This document shows, in pieces, positions 24,361-25,971 of a stretch of DNA of 25,971 bases. A model generated the notes under the pieces. The model was not told the DNA's origin, did no database searches, and worked only from the letters and a program-made list of their open reading frames with translations. Position 1 is the first letter of the stretch. Every line of letters starts with the position of its first letter. The stretch is from positions 1 to 25,971 of the IMG/VR virus record IMGVR_UViG_3300036761_000756. One strand, written 5' to 3'. The DNA comes from a virus (taxonomy: Duplodnaviria; Caudoviricetes). Made by a program: the position numbers and the translations under genes.

Positions 24361-24785
24361 TCATTTATCTCTTAATCTTAGCTGCACTCTTAGCAAAGCT
24401 CGAATTAATGACTGAAGGGCGTAAAGCCGGGTGGGCACTTCGTCTTCCTTGCTGGAGAATAGATAATTGTGTTACGCGCTTAGTGCTGGGAAAAGACCTT
24501 ACTGGATACCATTTTTGGTTAGTGATTCTTTTTGCATTTATGTTTCATGGAGCATTTTTATTTACTTCATGGACATTAGATAAAGAGTTTATTCTGATTG
24601 GCTTGTTCTTCTGGTTCTTTATTGCAGAAGATTATCTGTGGTTTGTGGAGAACGATTATTTTGGAGTACGCAACTTTAGAAAAGGACGCATCTTTTGGCA
24701 TCGCAGATGGATTGGATGTATTCCTGTTAGTTATTTCTGGGCGATGATTATAGGAACTGCTTTCTATCTATTAGGAGCTTATTAA
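24348..24785 (+). CDS. conserved multi-pass membrane protein of unknown function
   Basis: About four TM segments; E...EG...GWA..LP.W, LTGYH, ED.LWF, WH..W motifs; AAGGAG SD. Confidence 0.8.
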   Translation: MLFIIIYLLILAALLAKLELMTEGRKAGWALRLPCWRIDNCVTRLVLGKDLTGYHFWLVILFAFMFHGAFLFTSWTLDKEFILIGLFFWFFIAEDYLWFVENDYFGVRNFRKGRIFWHRRWIGCIPVSYFWAMIIGTAFYLLGAY

Positions 24786-24946
24786 TGTACATTCTAAATG
24801 AAGGCGATAAAGTGCCCGCGTGCACTACAAAAGACGGAGAACATCAATTTGTAGTACAAAAACGACCTGCTAATTTTCAATCTGGTTGGCATGAAGACAA
24901 ATGTGAGATTTGTGGTGTAGTAATTGGCTACGATACAAGCGACTAA
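24785..24946 (+). CDS. small zinc-binding protein (53 aa)
   Basis: AGGAG SD; TAATG; C......H...CEICG. Confidence 0.6.
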   Translation: MYILNEGDKVPACTTKDGEHQFVVQKRPANFQSGWHEDKCEICGVVIGYDTSD

Positions 24947-24955
24947 GGAGACAGA

Positions 24956-25447
24956 ATGATTAAATCGATTATTACTGACTCGAAAGTATTAAAACAAAAG
25001 AGTGAGTTAGTTACAAAAGACGATGATATAAAATCAATCGTGCAAGACCTCAGAGATACTCTCGAAGCTCTAAAACATGGATATGCTTTAGCTGCCCCGC
25101 AAATTGGCATCTTTAAGCAAATATGTTACTGTAAAATTCCTAAAGAATATAATGAGCAAACTAAAGAAATGAAATATTTAGAATTAGTCATAGCGAATCC
25201 TATTATTTCTGAAAAAAGTCAGAAACTTATTAATAAAGATGAAGGATGTTTGAGCTTTCCTGGTGTAAGAATTAACACGGATAGATGTAATTTAATTGTC
25301 TTGAATTATGAAGATGAGAATCTAAAAAAGACAACTGCATTATTTGATGATTTGAAAGCATTTGTTGTACAGCATGAGACCGACCATCTTTTAGGAATAA
25401 CAATTTTTGATAGAAAACATAAAGATATTAATAATCGAAAAAAATGA
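24956..25447 (+). CDS. def: peptide deformylase
   Basis: G.ALAAPQIG, EGCLSFPG, QHETDHL.G. Confidence 0.95.
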   Translation: MIKSIITDSKVLKQKSELVTKDDDIKSIVQDLRDTLEALKHGYALAAPQIGIFKQICYCKIPKEYNEQTKEMKYLELVIANPIISEKSQKLINKDEGCLSFPGVRINTDRCNLIVLNYEDENLKKTTALFDDLKAFVVQHETDHLLGITIFDRKHKDINNRKK

Positions 25448-25923
25448 AAAATCGTCATTATTTACATAATAAAAGATGTATTAAATGTAATAAATTAATA
25501 TCTGACTATGCTATTCGATGCAATCGTTGTGAAGCGGGCAGAAAACTTAGATTGAAACTTATTGATAATAGAGGAAAGAACAATGGGAGTTTTAAATCTG
25601 GGCGTTGGTGTAAAGTTAATCTTCCTAAATGTAAAGTATGCCACAAACAATTGGCGAGTCCTGAAGCAAATTATTGCCATTTACATGCTAATAGATTGCT
25701 TGCACAAAAATCTAGTCGAAATAATAAAATGAAAAAAGATATAGTAAGGCACCATCTATATGGTAAAAATTCTGATAAAATAATGTTTCTATCGAGGGGA
25801 CTTCATTATCTTTTACATCACGAAGCATATTTTTATATTTTAGAAAAATATGGACAAAAAGAAATTAGAACATATATTCGTTGGTTTAAACATAAGCATC
25901 GAGACGTCAACCGGAGAAAATAA
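25444..25923 (+). CDS. HNH-like endonuclease with repeated Zn-fingers
   Basis: CIKC..CNRC, G.NN..FK.G, CKVC..C..H, RHH...L....H..LH. Confidence 0.6.
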   Translation: MKNRHYLHNKRCIKCNKLISDYAIRCNRCEAGRKLRLKLIDNRGKNNGSFKSGRWCKVNLPKCKVCHKQLASPEANYCHLHANRLLAQKSSRNNKMKKDIVRHHLYGKNSDKIMFLSRGLHYLLHHEAYFYILEKYGQKEIRTYIRWFKHKHRDVNRRK

Positions 25924-25971
25924 TGTACATCATTTTAATTTCGCTCTATCTATGTATCTTGTTTCACGAAT
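25923..25971 (+). CDS. partial membrane protein, possibly an HExxH (M50-like) metallopeptidase
   Basis: TAATG; GGAG SD; MYIILISLYLCILFHE truncated by the window end. Confidence 0.35.
   Translation, partial: MYIILISLYLCILFHE

Larger units (their letters stand above)
1..25971 (+). mobile_element. bacteriophage (or prophage) early/replication region
   Basis: Single-strand dense small genes, phage-type replisome, homing endonucleases, no host housekeeping operons. Confidence 0.9.

Noticed and set aside
1104-25680. All minus-strand ORFs in the track (e.g. 18449..18931, 4304..4603, 9634..9921)
   Set aside because: They lie antisense to well-supported + strand genes and show no recognisable motifs; treated as shadow ORFs
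1-25971. CRISPR array, tRNA, att sites or tandem repeats
   Set aside because: None visible; the intergenic gaps are too short to hold them

Overview
An AT-rich, gene-dense window in which essentially all credible genes lie on the + strand, many coupled by TAATG/ATGA overlaps and carrying AGGAG-type Shine-Dalgarno (SD) sites. It reads as the early/replication arm of a dsDNA bacteriophage (or prophage); no structural genes, tRNA, rRNA or CRISPR array were seen. The left part has many small membrane peptides, a COOH-NH2 amidoligase next to an M14 Zn-peptidase, a membrane-anchored trypsin-like protease, a nucleoside 2-deoxyribosyltransferase-like protein and a dATP/dGTP diphosphohydrolase-like protein. 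After a sigma70-like promoter near 7063-7092 comes a replication/recombination set: 5'-3' exonuclease, probable SSB, Zn-finger/Prim-Pol/helicase, two resolvase-type nucleases, RecA, family B polymerase and Mre11/Rad50. The same region holds an RNA ligase, a cyclic-phosphate-type receiver domain, a peptide deformylase, and LAGLIDADG and HNH-like endonucleases. The standout is the 1260-aa family B DNA polymerase fused in one ORF to an ABC-ATPase plus GNAT acyltransferase module, with several non-canonical active-site residues. This is a candidate replication-coupled DNA-modification system. All calls come from motif recognition by eye; no searches were run.
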